A stretch of DNA of 64,000 nt from an uncultured Candidatus Binatia bacterium (GCA_965218425.1 OZ244621.1:3328001-3392000); one strand, 5' to 3'. Positions 1 to 10,796 are shown, numbered from the stretch's first letter. Program-made: numbers and translations. The notes: generated by a model not told the origin, from the sequence alone.

Positions 1-153
1 CTCTGGCTGTCCTTGAGCGCGGCTATAGCATTACATACAAGATGCCTGAAGGTCGGATTGTAAAGGATAGCGGTTCGGTGAAGCCTGGAGACCTTCTCCG
101 AATTACCTTTGCACGTGGAAATTCCCTCGCCAGAGTTGAAAAGAGCGAATGAA

Positions 154-1032
154 ATGAGGTGGCGGCGGTTTTTATCTCTTGCTGTGCTTGTTATTTTCGC
201 TCTGGTTCCGCCTTCTCTTTCAGCGGAACAGTCGATTACGGTCTCTCCCAGCGCCTGGGAGGTCTACCAAGGCGGGGTGGTGTCCATTGCCGTGTCGGGG
301 AAAGGCCTGCAGGGGGTAAAGCTGCTTCGCGGTACGCGGGAAATACCATTTTTCCCCACGGCAACAAGCGGTGTATTCGCAGCTCTGCTGGGGGCAGACC
401 TCGAAGAAGCCGCCGGGTCCAAGAAGGTGGTCCTCAAAGCACGAGGAGGAACAGGCCCCGATGAAGTCCCCGTGCTTTTGCACGTGAGGAAAAAGGACTA
501 TGGCACCGAACGTCTATCCCTTCCCGCCTCCTTCGATCGATTTGACAAGGCGGCCTTAAAGCGAATCCGACGGGAAAAGAAACGCATGACGCGGCTGTGG
601 CCCATCTCCAGTGCCGAGCGGTGGTGGAAGCCGCCATTCGCGGCACCGGTCCCTGGGGCCGTAACTTCTCCCTTCGGTCTGCGCCGGGTTATCAACGGGT
701 CACCCCGGTCTCCCCATAGTGGAGTGGATCTGAGGGCAGCCGAAGGTGCGAACATCGTTGCCACCAACCATGCCCAGGTGGTTCTAGTGGACGAATTTTA
801 CTTCAATGGGAAGAGCGTTGTCCTGGATCATGGAGGAGGACTCTATACGATGTATTTTCACCTATCGGATTTCCGAGTGAAGGAGGGTTCCCAGGTGCGC
901 AAAGGGGAAGTGATCGGTCGGGTGGGAATGACGGGGAGAGTTACGGGACCACACCTCCACTGGGGGGCCCGTGTGAATGGGGCGAGGGTGGACCCATTTG
1001 AGTTGTTAAACAAAGTCTGGGATAAACAATGA
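154..1032 (+). CDS. M23 family metallopeptidase, exported
   Basis: Signal peptide after the ATG at 154; M23 motifs HSGVD (HxxxD), YFHL and TGPHLHW (HxH). Confidence 0.9.
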   Translation: MRWRRFLSLAVLVIFALVPPSLSAEQSITVSPSAWEVYQGGVVSIAVSGKGLQGVKLLRGTREIPFFPTATSGVFAALLGADLEEAAGSKKVVLKARGGTGPDEVPVLLHVRKKDYGTERLSLPASFDRFDKAALKRIRREKKRMTRLWPISSAERWWKPPFAAPVPGAVTSPFGLRRVINGSPRSPHSGVDLRAAEGANIVATNHAQVVLVDEFYFNGKSVVLDHGGGLYTMYFHLSDFRVKEGSQVRKGEVIGRVGMTGRVTGPHLHWGARVNGARVDPFELLNKVWDKQ

Positions 1033-1123
1033 CGGGGTAGAATTGGCTCTGAAAAAAGTGGATTTAGCCGGTGGAAGGTGGTTGTCTTTCGTTAACCTTC
1101 CCATGAGGGGTCAAGAGGTGGCC

Positions 1124-1387
1124 ATGGCTGCAAAGGAAAAAAAGAAGTTTGAAGAGGCAGTGGAAGAGCTGGAAAGGGTCGTGGAGCAACTGGAATCCGG
1201 AGAACTTTCCCTGGAGGACTCTTTGGCGGCCTTTGCGAACGGTGTCCGATTAGTAAAATTTTGTAACCAGAAGCTCACTGAAGTGGAACGCAAGATTGAG
1301 CTTTTGGTCAAGGACAAGGACGGTGAGCTTCAACTGAAGCCGTTTGAGGACCTGGGTGAAAAGGATGTCAATGAGAAAGAAAGTTAA
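1124..1387 (+). CDS. xseB: Exodeoxyribonuclease VII small subunit
   Basis: FEEAVEELERVVEQLESGELSLEDSLAAFANGVRLVKFC signature; GAGG upstream of ATG 1124; precedes ispA. Confidence 0.92.
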   Translation: MAAKEKKKFEEAVEELERVVEQLESGELSLEDSLAAFANGVRLVKFCNQKLTEVERKIELLVKDKDGELQLKPFEDLGEKDVNEKES

Positions 1388-1399
1388 TCCGCTTCCGTC

Positions 1400-1967
1400 A
1401 TGAACGTCCATGCCTATCTGAAAGCGCAACAGGGGCTCATAGACCGCACCCTCAACCGGTACCTTGGCGAGTGTGGACGCCATCCAGAAACGCTTTTTAA
1501 AGCGATGCAATACTAGTGTCTTTTCCGGCGGAAAAACAATCCGGCCCATCGTCACTCTGGCCGTGGGAGACCTGTTCAGGGCCAAGCGGAAACTCCTCCT
1601 CCCATTTGCTTGCGCCGTGGAAATGATTCACACCTATTCGTTAATCCATGACGACCTTCCTGCCCTTGATAATGATGATCTGCGGAGCGGGAAACCCACC
1701 AGCCATAAACTCTTTGGTGAAGGGATGGCGCTCTTGGCTGGGGATGCGCTCTTAACCGAGGCATTTGATTTAATTGCCCGGCTCAAAACCGTGCGTACCC
1801 TCAAGTCGGGAGTCGTGCTGGATCTGATTCATGAGTTGGCTCGTGCCGCTGCTAGAGGTCGAGCCAAAGAACTCTTGGAGAGATGTTTAAAGGAATTGAA
1901 GAACTTTGGTAAAGAGGCGGAACCCCTCAGGGAAATCGCGCGTTATGTGGTGGAACAGGCCTCCTAG
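1400..1967 (+). pseudogene. ispA: Geranyltranstransferase/FPP synthase pseudogene (frameshift plus internal deletion)
   Basis: ATG 1400 frame reads ...KAMQY then TAG at 1514-1516. One extra base shifts it into [11 protein letters not shown]...[19 protein letters not shown]. The GQxxD, KT and second DDxxD motifs are absent; LARAA joins directly to the C-terminal helix near 1850. Confidence 0.85.
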
Positions 1968-2038
1968 GGGACTATGAATTCCATGTCCCGACCGAAAGCA
2001 ATATGGAATCCTCTGACTCCAGAGGACTGAGGAGACAA

Positions 2039-2779
2039 ATGGGGAAGAGGGAACGATTGGATTCCCTTCTGCTCTTGCGTGGGTTGGTGTCGGCCCGGGA
2101 GGAAGGTCGCAGACGGATCCTGGCTGGTGAGGTGTTGGTAAAGGATCAGTCCGTTACCAAGGCTGGAGCCCTGGTGGATAGGGATGCCCCTATCCGACTA
2201 CAGGGTAAAGCCATTCCCTATGTCAGTCGCGGCGGGTTAAAGCTGGAGAAGGCTCTTGATGAGTTTGAAGTTATGACAGACGGAGTCATTGCCATGGACG
2301 TGGGAGCCTCCACGGGGGGATTCACTCATTGTCTTCTCGCTAGAGGCGCGCGCCGGGTGTATTCAGTAGACGTGGGCTATGGACAGTTCGATTGGGGGCT
2401 TCGCAACGACCCAAGGGTGGTGGTCATGGAGAAAAAAAACATCCGTTACCTCCAGCCTGAGGAGCTTCCAGAAAAGCCTCAATTGACCGTCGTCGATGTT
2501 TCCTTTATTTCGCTCCGTTTGGTATTACCCAAAGTCAGGGAGCTATCGGCTGACAGAGGAGAGATACTGGCCCTTATTAAACCCCAATTCGAAGTGGGTA
2601 AAGGCAAGGTGGGTAAAGGGGGTGTGGTTCGCTCACCAGAGGATCATGACCGAGTTCTCACTGAGGTCAAAGAGGCAGCTGTGGCCATGGAACTAAAAGT
2701 GAACGGCCTTACTGAGTCACCTCTATTTGGCCCCAAGGGGAACAGGGAGTTTTTTATTTATTTGAGGAAAAGGGGATAG
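2039..2779 (+). CDS. tlyA: TlyA family rRNA 2'-O-methyltransferase
   Basis: S4 domain (ERLDSLL), YVSRGGLKL, DVGASTGGFT, DVSFISL, LIKPQFE, GPKGNREF; GAGGAG before ATG 2039. Confidence 0.93.
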   Translation: MGKRERLDSLLLLRGLVSAREEGRRRILAGEVLVKDQSVTKAGALVDRDAPIRLQGKAIPYVSRGGLKLEKALDEFEVMTDGVIAMDVGASTGGFTHCLLARGARRVYSVDVGYGQFDWGLRNDPRVVVMEKKNIRYLQPEELPEKPQLTVVDVSFISLRLVLPKVRELSADRGEILALIKPQFEVGKGKVGKGGVVRSPEDHDRVLTEVKEAAVAMELKVNGLTESPLFGPKGNREFFIYLRKRG

Positions 2780-2911
2780 CCCATCTGCACTGGGAAGTGG
2801 GACCGGAGAAGGTCCAAAAGGGGAGGAATCGGTTAATTATGAGCAGCCATGGGCAAAGGAAATCCCCCGGGCAGGTTGAGTTTCCCGTGTGTAAAAGTGC
2901 GGTGCTTCAGC

Positions 2912-2939
2912 TTGACTTGATGGAATAATTCCATATATT
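2912..2939 (+). promoter_or_regulatory. Putative sigma70 promoter of the rpsU-dnaG-rpoD operon
   Basis: TTGACT-16 bp-TATATT about 55 bp upstream of rpsU. Confidence 0.55.
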
Positions 2940-2995
2940 GAAGAGTTTAGGGTAGTAGTGTTGCCATTCTTAGTGAGCCAGTGGGGGAGTTACCA

Positions 2996-3196
2996 TTGAC
3001 CGGAGTTAGAATTAGAGACAACGAATCCATTGAGAGCGCCATCCGGCGATTCAAGAAGACCTGCGAGAAGGCCGGAATTCTGGCAGAATTGCGCAAGCGG
3101 GAGCATTTCGAGAAGCCTAGTATCAAGAAGAAAAAGAAGGCGATAGCGGCAAGGAAACGGGCTTTGAAGCGGGCCCGAAACTATCGTTTTTATTAG
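2996..3196 (+). CDS. rpsU: 30S ribosomal protein S21
   Basis: [18 protein letters not shown]...[13 protein letters not shown] start at 2996 after GGGGAG. Confidence 0.95.
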   Translation: MTGVRIRDNESIESAIRRFKKTCEKAGILAELRKREHFEKPSIKKKKKAIAARKRALKRARNYRFY

Positions 3197-3299
3197 CTCA
3201 GCTTGAGTTCTAGAAGCTTTGTTCTTAATCTATAGTCGGAGGTGAGAAACGGTCAAGGGTTGTGGTTTTTGCCTCAAACCCAGCCCAACGTAATCCATT

Positions 3300-3845
3300 G
3301 TGAATATCGTTGATCTGACCTTGCTTCTACTCTTGGCGCTCTTTGCCGTTAGGGGATATTTCAAGGGGCTCTTTCTTGAAATCTTCTCCCTCCTTGGGAT
3401 ATTTTCTGGTATCCTCATCGCCGTTCGTTACAATGGACAGGCCTCCCACCTTCTTCACGGCTACTGGGAAATCTCCCCCATCATTCTTAAGGCCGTAGGC
3501 TTTGTTCTTATCTTCTTTGTGGTCTACTTTGTCTTCAACTTGCTTGGATGGCTGCTGCAACGCTCCAGCCGATACCTTTTCCTTGGGGGATTCAATCGCG
3601 CAGGCGGGGTCGTTTTTGGAACTGGAAAAGGCGCGGCGTTTTTGGCCCTTATTCTGTTCCTCGTGGGATCCTCCTCCTTCCTGCCACAGGACATTCGCAA
3701 GCAGGTTGATGATTCCGTGCTTGTACCGACCCTGAATCGTTTTGGCCAAGAGCTGGTTGAACTGGGGAAAGACACGCTCTTTTCCTATGAACTCGAGGAG
3801 CAAAGTGTAGAAGAAGTTTTGCTTTCCTTGAGGCGTTTGGGATGA
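3300..3845 (+). CDS. cvpA: CvpA family (colicin V production) membrane protein
   Basis: MNIVD...RGYFKGLFLEIFSL, NRAGGVVFG and SVLVP motifs; several transmembrane segments. Confidence 0.85.
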   Translation: MNIVDLTLLLLLALFAVRGYFKGLFLEIFSLLGIFSGILIAVRYNGQASHLLHGYWEISPIILKAVGFVLIFFVVYFVFNLLGWLLQRSSRYLFLGGFNRAGGVVFGTGKGAAFLALILFLVGSSSFLPQDIRKQVDDSVLVPTLNRFGQELVELGKDTLFSYELEEQSVEEVLLSLRRLG

Positions 3846-5635
3846 TTGGGGACGATAAGATCTCAGAAATTCGGGAGCGTGCCTCTATCGTGGAGGTGGT
3901 TTCCGATCATTTGACCCTGAAAAAGCTTGGCCGTAATCACATTGGACTTTGCCCATTCCATTCCGAAAAGACGCCCTCTTTTACCGTGAACGAGGAAAAA
4001 GGAATCTTTCATTGTTTTGGTTGTGGTGTGGGAGGAAATGTCTTTAACTTCTTGATGAACCATGAGCGTTTGACTTTTCCTGAAGCCGTGGAACGGGTAG
4101 CGAAGCGCTACGGGATTCGGGTTGACCCAGTGGAGCGCCCCTCGTTCATGAGAGAGCAAAAAGAAGGTCTCTCCAGGCTGAATGAGAAGGCAGCTAACTA
4201 TTTTTATAAGGCACTACGAAACCATCCCGAGGGGGCCCGAGCCCTTGGGTACCTCAGGCAGAGGGGGGTTGGGGATGAGGTGGCCCGAAAGTTCCATCTG
4301 GGTTATGCCCCAGCCAATGGTCAGGGGTTGGTGCAGTCCTTACGGAAAGACGGAGTTCCCATGAAAGATGCGGTCTCCGTTGGCCTTATAAGTGAAAAGG
4401 GCAGGGATCACTACGGGGAAAAGTTTTTTGGGCGTCTCATGTTTCCTATTGTTGACCCTAGTGGAAAGGTTGTGGGTTTTGGTGGCAGGGTCATTGGAGA
4501 AGGACTACCAAAGTATCTCAACTCGCAGGATACGCCACTTTTTCGCAAAGGGGCACAGCTCTATGGCCTCTACCAGGCGAAGGAGGCTGTCCGCTCCATG
4601 GATCAGGTGGTGGTAGTGGAGGGGTATCTGGATGTGCTCGCTTTGAGCCAAGCGGGTCTTCCCTGTGTGGTCGCCACTTTGGGAACCGCCCTCACCCCGG
4701 ATCACGTGCGAATTCTGAGACGCTATACAAAGAACGTTATCGCCCTTTTTGATGGGGATGGGGCCGGGAGAAAAGCGGCGGCCCGGAGTTTTGAAATTTT
4801 TCTGGAGGGAGGATTGTTGGGTCAGGGTGCCTTTCTCCCCCAGGGAGATGATCCCGACACCTTCGTACGCTCCAAAGGTAAAGACGCATTGGAGAAAGTT
4901 CTCCATCAGGCCATCCCCTTAGCGGATTTCTATTTTACATGGCTTCAGGGGCTATACGGCGGCAAACTGGAAGGTAAAAGCCAGATTGCTCAAGAGGTCA
5001 GTCGAGTCCTGACCAAGGTGAAGAATCCCTTTGAGTATGATTTACTGACTCGCCGGGCAGCAGAATCCTTGGGAATCAGAGAGGAACTGATACGCAAATC
5101 GCAGGCTCAGAACTCCCTGGTTCGGGGCCCACGCCCGGGTTCGCCAGAGCGGGAGTCAGCAACCCCAATGCCGGAGGACAAAGCAGAGTCTTCTCTCGTA
5201 ACCCTTATGCTCCGTTTCCCCAGCGCGATCCAGCGTCTGGAGAGAGAGACGGGGTTGGAGCAGATCTTTAGTCCAAGGTGGTGGGAGATCGTTGATAAGA
5301 TCCTCTGCATGTGGCGGGAGCATGGTGAGCTTGAACTAGCAAGGTTAACACAGGACCTTGCGCCGGACCTAGCATCCACCGTTACCGCCTTGATGATTCA
5401 GGGGGAGAGCATTGAGGAGAATGAATGTGGTCAGATGACAGAGGACTGCATTGTTCATCTGAAGGTAAAGCGATTGAAACAATTGGAACAGGAATTATGC
5501 AAAGCGATCCGCCTCGCGGAAGAAAAAAAAGATGACAAAGCCAGAAAAGAGAGGATTCTTGAATGGCAAGAGGTCGTACAAAGAGAGCGCAACTTAGAAC
5601 GGCAGAGATTCAGCCTCAGAACGGCGATGCATTAG
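3842..5635 (+). CDS. dnaG: DNA primase
   Basis: [11 protein letters not shown]...HCFGC zinc finger, PKYLNS, TOPRIM VEGYLD...FDGDGAG. Confidence 0.97.
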   Translation: MIGDDKISEIRERASIVEVVSDHLTLKKLGRNHIGLCPFHSEKTPSFTVNEEKGIFHCFGCGVGGNVFNFLMNHERLTFPEAVERVAKRYGIRVDPVERPSFMREQKEGLSRLNEKAANYFYKALRNHPEGARALGYLRQRGVGDEVARKFHLGYAPANGQGLVQSLRKDGVPMKDAVSVGLISEKGRDHYGEKFFGRLMFPIVDPSGKVVGFGGRVIGEGLPKYLNSQDTPLFRKGAQLYGLYQAKEAVRSMDQVVVVEGYLDVLALSQAGLPCVVATLGTALTPDHVRILRRYTKNVIALFDGDGAGRKAAARSFEIFLEGGLLGQGAFLPQGDDPDTFVRSKGKDALEKVLHQAIPLADFYFTWLQGLYGGKLEGKSQIAQEVSRVLTKVKNPFEYDLLTRRAAESLGIREELIRKSQAQNSLVRGPRPGSPERESATPMPEDKAESSLVTLMLRFPSAIQRLERETGLEQIFSPRWWEIVDKILCMWREHGELELARLTQDLAPDLASTVTALMIQGESIEENECGQMTEDCIVHLKVKRLKQLEQELCKAIRLAEEKKDDKARKERILEWQEVVQRERNLERQRFSLRTAMH

Positions 5636-7425
5636 AAGCCGCCGAAGATCTCAACGGGGCTGGGGCCCGTAAGCAGAACATCAAAGAGGTCAAGAAGCTC
5701 ATCGATATAGGTAAGGAAAAAGGTTACCTTACCTATGATGAGCTCAATGACCTACTGCCTGCTGACATCGTGTCAGCGGATCAAATCGATGACGTCATGT
5801 CCATATTTGGCGAAATGGACATTGAAGTCATTGACTCCAGTCAGCGCGTTGTCATTGCAGGCCAGGGTGACGATGTTCCAGACGACGATGATGAAGAACG
5901 AGAGCTGGAAGTAGAAAGTGATGAGGATATTACCGGCAAGACCGGAGACCCCGTCCGGATGTACCTCCGGGAAATGGGTACTGTTTCTCTCCTCAGTCGG
6001 GAAGGCGAAGTGGTCATTGCCAAGGAGATCGAGGAGGGAGAAAAACAGGTGGTGGACGAAGTCCTCTCTTGTCCATTGGCCCTCCATTATGTCCTTGACC
6101 TAGCGGACAAGATCTCTCGTCACGAAATCAGAGTCCGTGAAGTCATTACGGATGCGGACGATGATCTGGACTACCTTGAGGAAGAAGAAATCTATGAGAA
6201 AAAACTCTTGGAGCAGACCGGCAAACTGCGTCGTCTGACCAAGGAGAAAGATGATATCGAAAAGAAACTAAACAAGGCGGGTTTGTCAGCTCGAAAGAAA
6301 CAGGACTTGCAGGAATCCCTCACTAAGCAGCGTGACAGGATTTTCAAACGGCTCAAGGGGCTCCAGCTCAATCGACGGCAGATCGACACCATCGTGGATC
6401 GGCTTAAAAAGGCACTGAATCACCTGCACCAACTGCAAAGGAGGGTAAATTACTTCGAAAATAAAACTGGCAAACCGGCGCCGGAATTACTCAAGCTGAT
6501 TCCCACTAGCAACGGGGCCAAGAAACATTGGCAGCGAGTCATCGGGACTTTTCGGATGAGTCACGAAGCCATCCGGCAAATGGCCGAGGGAATTCGCAGT
6601 GCACGCAGAGAAGTAAAATGGGTTGAAAAGCAGTTAGAAATTCCGGCGGGTGAGATTGAGCGTCGAGTTCGTTGCATTATTGAAGAGGAGACCAAGGCCA
6701 ATCTCGCCAAGAAACAGTTGATCGAGGCAAATTTACGCTTGGTGGTCAGTATTGCGAAAAAATACACGAACCGTGGCCTTCAGTTCCTGGACCTGATCCA
6801 GGAGGGAAATATCGGCCTTATGAAGGCGGTGGATAAATTCGAGTATCAACGAGGCTATAAGTTTTCCACCTATGCCACCTGGTGGATCCGTCAGGCCATC
6901 ACCCGAGCCATCGCAGACCAGGCTCGAACTATCCGTATCCCCGTCCACATGATTGAAACCATCAATAAGCTAATTCGTACCTCTCGCTACCTTGTCCAGG
7001 AAATCGGACGCGAGCCGACCCCTGAAGAGATTGCTGCGAAGATGGAAATCCCCCTGGATAAAGTAAGAAAAGTTTTAAAGATCGCCAAGGAGCCCATTTC
7101 CTTGGAGACCCCCGTGGGCGAGGAGGAGGACAGCCACTTGGGTGACTTCATCGAAGACAAGCGTGCGGTGGCCCCCGCCGACGCAGTCATTAACCTGAAC
7201 CTTCAAGAGCAGACCAAGAAGGTTCTGGCAACCTTGACGCCGCGTGAAGAGCAGGTGTTGAGAATGCGCTTTGGCATCGGGGAAAAATCTGATCATACCC
7301 TTGAGGAAGTGGGTCAAAAGTTTGCCGTAACCCGCGAGCGCATCCGACAGATTGAAGCCAAGGCGTTGCGCAAGCTAAGACACCCCAGCCGCAGTAAGAG
7401 GCTTAGGAGCTTCATGGACGGATAG
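5563..7425 (+). CDS. rpoD: RNA polymerase primary sigma factor
   Basis: Region 1.1, [54 protein letters not shown]. Confidence 0.97.
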   Translation: MARGRTKRAQLRTAEIQPQNGDALEAAEDLNGAGARKQNIKEVKKLIDIGKEKGYLTYDELNDLLPADIVSADQIDDVMSIFGEMDIEVIDSSQRVVIAGQGDDVPDDDDEERELEVESDEDITGKTGDPVRMYLREMGTVSLLSREGEVVIAKEIEEGEKQVVDEVLSCPLALHYVLDLADKISRHEIRVREVITDADDDLDYLEEEEIYEKKLLEQTGKLRRLTKEKDDIEKKLNKAGLSARKKQDLQESLTKQRDRIFKRLKGLQLNRRQIDTIVDRLKKALNHLHQLQRRVNYFENKTGKPAPELLKLIPTSNGAKKHWQRVIGTFRMSHEAIRQMAEGIRSARREVKWVEKQLEIPAGEIERRVRCIIEEETKANLAKKQLIEANLRLVVSIAKKYTNRGLQFLDLIQEGNIGLMKAVDKFEYQRGYKFSTYATWWIRQAITRAIADQARTIRIPVHMIETINKLIRTSRYLVQEIGREPTPEEIAAKMEIPLDKVRKVLKIAKEPISLETPVGEEEDSHLGDFIEDKRAVAPADAVINLNLQEQTKKVLATLTPREEQVLRMRFGIGEKSDHTLEEVGQKFAVTRERIRQIEAKALRKLRHPSRSKRLRSFMDG

Positions 7426-7465
7426 GCTCCCTCAATTCACACCATTCTGCCTCATCAACCCATCC

Positions 7466-7542
7466 GGGCCCATAGCTCAGTTGGTTAGAGCCACCGGCTC
7501 ATAACCGGTAGGTCCCTGGTTCGAATCCAGGTGGGCCCACCA
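7466..7542 (+). tRNA. tRNA with CAU anticodon, most likely tRNA-Ile2 (lysidine-modified)
   Basis: GGGCCCA...TGGGCCC acceptor stem with encoded ACCA, D arm AGCTCAGTTGGTTAGAGC, anticodon loop CTCATAA, T loop GTTCGAATC; lies after rpoD, like ileX. Confidence 0.92.
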
Positions 7543-7756
7543 AATTTTGCCCTGCAAAGAGAGCGATCCCGAGAAAAAGACAAGATTTGGGACAAATTGA
7601 GGAGGTCCAATTGTTGATTTTAAATGGACGAGGGGCAGCAAAGCAGTAATTCGAAAACCATCAGCATCTTTGATCCATCCTCTCCCAATGATCTTTTTGT
7701 GAGCTCATCCTGACGATGGGTCCCATCTTTGCCATGGATAGGGTATAATCCGTCCC

Positions 7757-8218
7757 ATGGCTGAGAGGGCAACTCGTGTCACAGAACAGAGTGTCGAGGT
7801 TCTTAAAACCGTCTATCCAATCTTTAAGCGTGAAGTCTACGGGAGAAGGCAGTCCATTATGTGGATTGCCACGGGAGGCAGCGCTACCCTTTTAGTTTTG
7901 CTCTTGGTGGCGAGTTCCGGGTGGTTTGCCATGGGAGGAGGATTGCGGTGGGCCATGATATTGGGTGCGGTGGTCTTTTCTTCCCTCCTCATTGGTCAAA
8001 TCCACCAACAGGATCTACGACACAAACAGGCAAAACACGGGCTCATTCAGATTGAAAAAGCCCTTGAATTTTTTGCAAAGGATTCTTACCTCCCGGGAAA
8101 GAGCCTTTACCCACAGACCTGGCAAGAGTTGCCCGAGAGGGATTGGCAATTTTGGATATCTGTTCTAAGCCTCGTCGCGCTGACGGCTCTGGCAGTTCTG
8201 GCCTTGCTTTTCACGTGA
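7757..8218 (+). CDS. Hypothetical membrane protein (about 3 transmembrane helices)
   Basis: 153 aa ORF with three hydrophobic segments; TATAAT just upstream. Confidence 0.65.
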   Translation: MAERATRVTEQSVEVLKTVYPIFKREVYGRRQSIMWIATGGSATLLVLLLVASSGWFAMGGGLRWAMILGAVVFSSLLIGQIHQQDLRHKQAKHGLIQIEKALEFFAKDSYLPGKSLYPQTWQELPERDWQFWISVLSLVALTALAVLALLFT

Positions 8219-8252
8219 TCAGTATTTATGGATGACACCACAACCCTAGGCG

Positions 8253-9716
8253 TTAGACGTTGACGATCACGACGCCTTTCGGCTCTAAATAATAGTCGAG
8301 GGCCTCCGGGCCGTGCTCTCGTCCCACACCGCTGGCCTTGACGCCACCAAAAGGGAGTTCGTCGTAGCCATAGTGGAGCGAGTTTACCCAAACGTTTCCA
8401 GCCTGAAGCTTGTCGATGGCCTTGTTTGCGTGGACCATGTTGCGGGTCCATATGGAAGAACCCAGGCCGAATATCGAGCTGTTGGCCTTTTCGATGGCCT
8501 CATCCAGGTCCTTGAACCTATAGACCGGCAGGGCAGGACCAAAACACTCTTCCGTAGTGATCCGGGCATCGTCGGGCACGTCAGTGAGTAGTGTGGGGAG
8601 GTAAAAGAACCCACCATCCAGCTCTTTCCCCTTTGGTCTTTCCCCTCCGACGATTGCCTTCGCGCCACGAGACTTGGCGTCCTCAACCTGCTCTTCCACC
8701 TCTTTCCTCTGGTAATCCATATGGAGCGGGCCCATACGGCTTTCTTTGCTCATGCCGTTTCCCACGGTCTTTTTCTTCAGCAGCTCAGCCAGGTTGTCGA
8801 TGAACTTGTCTGCAATGGATTCGTGCAGGAACAGACGCTTGACCCCGAGGCACATCTGGCCACAATTGAAGAACCGGCCCACGTCGGCCATCTTGACGGC
8901 CAGGTCGACATTGGCGTCATCCATGACGATCATGGGGTCGCTTCCCCCTAGCTCCAGGGTGACTCTCTTGATCTCCCTACCCGCCACCTCCATCACATGA
9001 CGTCCAATATCGGTGGAGCCGGTAAAGGCAATTCGCCGGACTCTAGGGTTGCTCAGCAGTTCTTCTCCAACGGTGCTCCCGGGTCCGGTCACCACATTGA
9101 CAGTCCCCTCGGGCAGGTTTTTCTGTTGCTTACCCTCACCGTACGTGGCCTTTTGTATCTGTTCGATACACAGAAGTGTTGCAAGGGGTGTGGTGCTGGC
9201 GGGCTTTACGATAGCGGTGTTGCCCGCGGCCAAAGCAGGACCAAGTTTCGTCCCCATAAGCGTCAAGGGAAAATTCCAGGGAATGATTCCAGCACACACC
9301 CCGATGGGTTGGCGGACTACCATGCCGTAGGCGTTCTTTTGGGGCAAGGGGACATGGGAACCCCGGACCTTTGAGGCCAGGCCGGCATAAAACTCGAGGC
9401 CGTGCAACAAATGATGGATCTCCAGGTTGGCCTCGAATAGGGTTTTCCCCTGTTCCTGGGTGAGCAGCTGGGCAATCTCCTTGCCCTTCTCCTTGATTAG
9501 CTCACAGGCATTGGTCAACATTTTGCCACGGTCTTCCGCCGTCACGTCTGACCACTCCTTGAATGCCGTTTCTGCGGCGTCAATGGCCTGCACGACGTCC
9601 TCGGCCGTGCCTTTGGCCGCATGGTCCACAACTTCGCCCGTGGCGGGGTTGCGCACTTCGTATGTTTCCTTACTCCCAGAGTCGACCTGCTCGCCTCCGA
9701 TTAACAACTTGGACAT
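8253..9716 (-). CDS. NAD(P)-dependent aldehyde dehydrogenase
   Basis: IIPWNFP, FTGSTDIG, LELGG, catalytic GQMC, EECFGP, PFGGVKASG. Confidence 0.95.
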   Translation of the reverse strand: MSKLLIGGEQVDSGSKETYEVRNPATGEVVDHAAKGTAEDVVQAIDAAETAFKEWSDVTAEDRGKMLTNACELIKEKGKEIAQLLTQEQGKTLFEANLEIHHLLHGLEFYAGLASKVRGSHVPLPQKNAYGMVVRQPIGVCAGIIPWNFPLTLMGTKLGPALAAGNTAIVKPASTTPLATLLCIEQIQKATYGEGKQQKNLPEGTVNVVTGPGSTVGEELLSNPRVRRIAFTGSTDIGRHVMEVAGREIKRVTLELGGSDPMIVMDDANVDLAVKMADVGRFFNCGQMCLGVKRLFLHESIADKFIDNLAELLKKKTVGNGMSKESRMGPLHMDYQRKEVEEQVEDAKSRGAKAIVGGERPKGKELDGGFFYLPTLLTDVPDDARITTEECFGPALPVYRFKDLDEAIEKANSSIFGLGSSIWTRNMVHANKAIDKLQAGNVWVNSLHYGYDELPFGGVKASGVGREHGPEALDYYLEPKGVVIVNV

Positions 9717-9770
9717 TCATAACCTCCGGTTTTGTTTCAGTGCATAGTGCTTAGTTTGGCTTTTTAATCG

Positions 9771-10553
9771 TTATTTTCCTTGGAATTTAGCCGTTCGCTT
9801 TTCCAAGTATGCCTTGACTCCTTCGTTACCATCGTCGCTCCCAAAGGCCTGATAGAGGACCTCGTGTTCCAGGGCCAGTCCATCGGACAGGGAACCATCA
9901 AGGCCCGCTTGTATGGCGCGTTTAATTTTACCCACTGCAAGGCTTGCCTTGTTGGGTGGGACGAACTGGCCGGCATAGTCCATAACCTGATCCATGAAAT
10001 TATCCTTTTCATAAATATAGTGAATCAGGCCAAACTCCAGGGCCTCCTCATAGGCGATCTGCTTCCCCATGGCACACAGTTCCAATCCCCGACCCCTGCC
10101 TACCAGTCGAGGGAGACGCTGAGTTCCGCCCATACCCGGCATGACGCCGAGATTGACCTCAGCCAGACCAACTCTCCCTGCATCCTTTTTTGCAATACGA
10201 ATATCAGCTGCCATTGCGATCTCCAGTCCGCCGCCGATGGCGTGACCGTTGATGGCGGCAATGATGAGCTTGGGTGTCCGTTCCATGCGCAAGAGAACCT
10301 CGTTCCCGTGCACGGCAAAGTTATATTTGTACGCTAGGGATTGCTTGGCCAGCATGTTGATGTCGGCTCCGGCGGAGAAAAACTTCTCACCGGCTCCCGT
10401 AAGGACGATCACATGGGTGTTTTCATCGAAACGGGCCTGGAGAATACAATCATCGAGCTGACGCAACATCTCGTGGGTGTAAGGATTGGCCGGTGGACTG
10501 TTAATCTCCAACGTAAGGACCCCACCTTCCTTTTTCTGTTCAATGTTCCCCAT
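9771..10553 (-). CDS. Enoyl-CoA hydratase/isomerase (crotonase family)
   Basis: FSAGAD, AINGHAIGGGLE, GLAEVNLGVMPGMGGTQRLPR. Confidence 0.93.
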   Translation of the reverse strand: MGNIEQKKEGGVLTLEINSPPANPYTHEMLRQLDDCILQARFDENTHVIVLTGAGEKFFSAGADINMLAKQSLAYKYNFAVHGNEVLLRMERTPKLIIAAINGHAIGGGLEIAMAADIRIAKKDAGRVGLAEVNLGVMPGMGGTQRLPRLVGRGRGLELCAMGKQIAYEEALEFGLIHYIYEKDNFMDQVMDYAGQFVPPNKASLAVGKIKRAIQAGLDGSLSDGLALEHEVLYQAFGSDDGNEGVKAYLEKRTAKFQGK

Positions 10554-10642
10554 GGATAGCCTCCTGTGTGAAATTGTCCCTCAATCAATTAACTGTCCTT
10601 GTCCGCTATGTCAAGTCGCCTTCCGTTTCCGGTAACTCGGCG

Positions 10643-10796
10643 CTCCTCGGGGAACGAGTCCTCAGGCCGTGGGCAACAGGCCTGTGAATATCTGAGGCGA
10701 AACGTTCGATGCCCACGCCCTTCATCCTCATTCCCCTCGTCGCTTTTCATTGTCTCCGACTCAGAACTTAGCACTCGTAGCTCAATACTCACTTCG
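10643..10796 (-). repeat. Dispersed structured repeat, copy 1 (core 10643-10750 plus heptamer tail)
   Basis: 6 mismatches in 101 bp versus the copy at 25423-25523; tail aligns without gaps to copy 5. Confidence 0.92.

Noticed and set aside
7543..8252. Genomic island integrated at the tRNA
   Set aside because: No integrase and no duplicated tRNA 3' end were found in the window.
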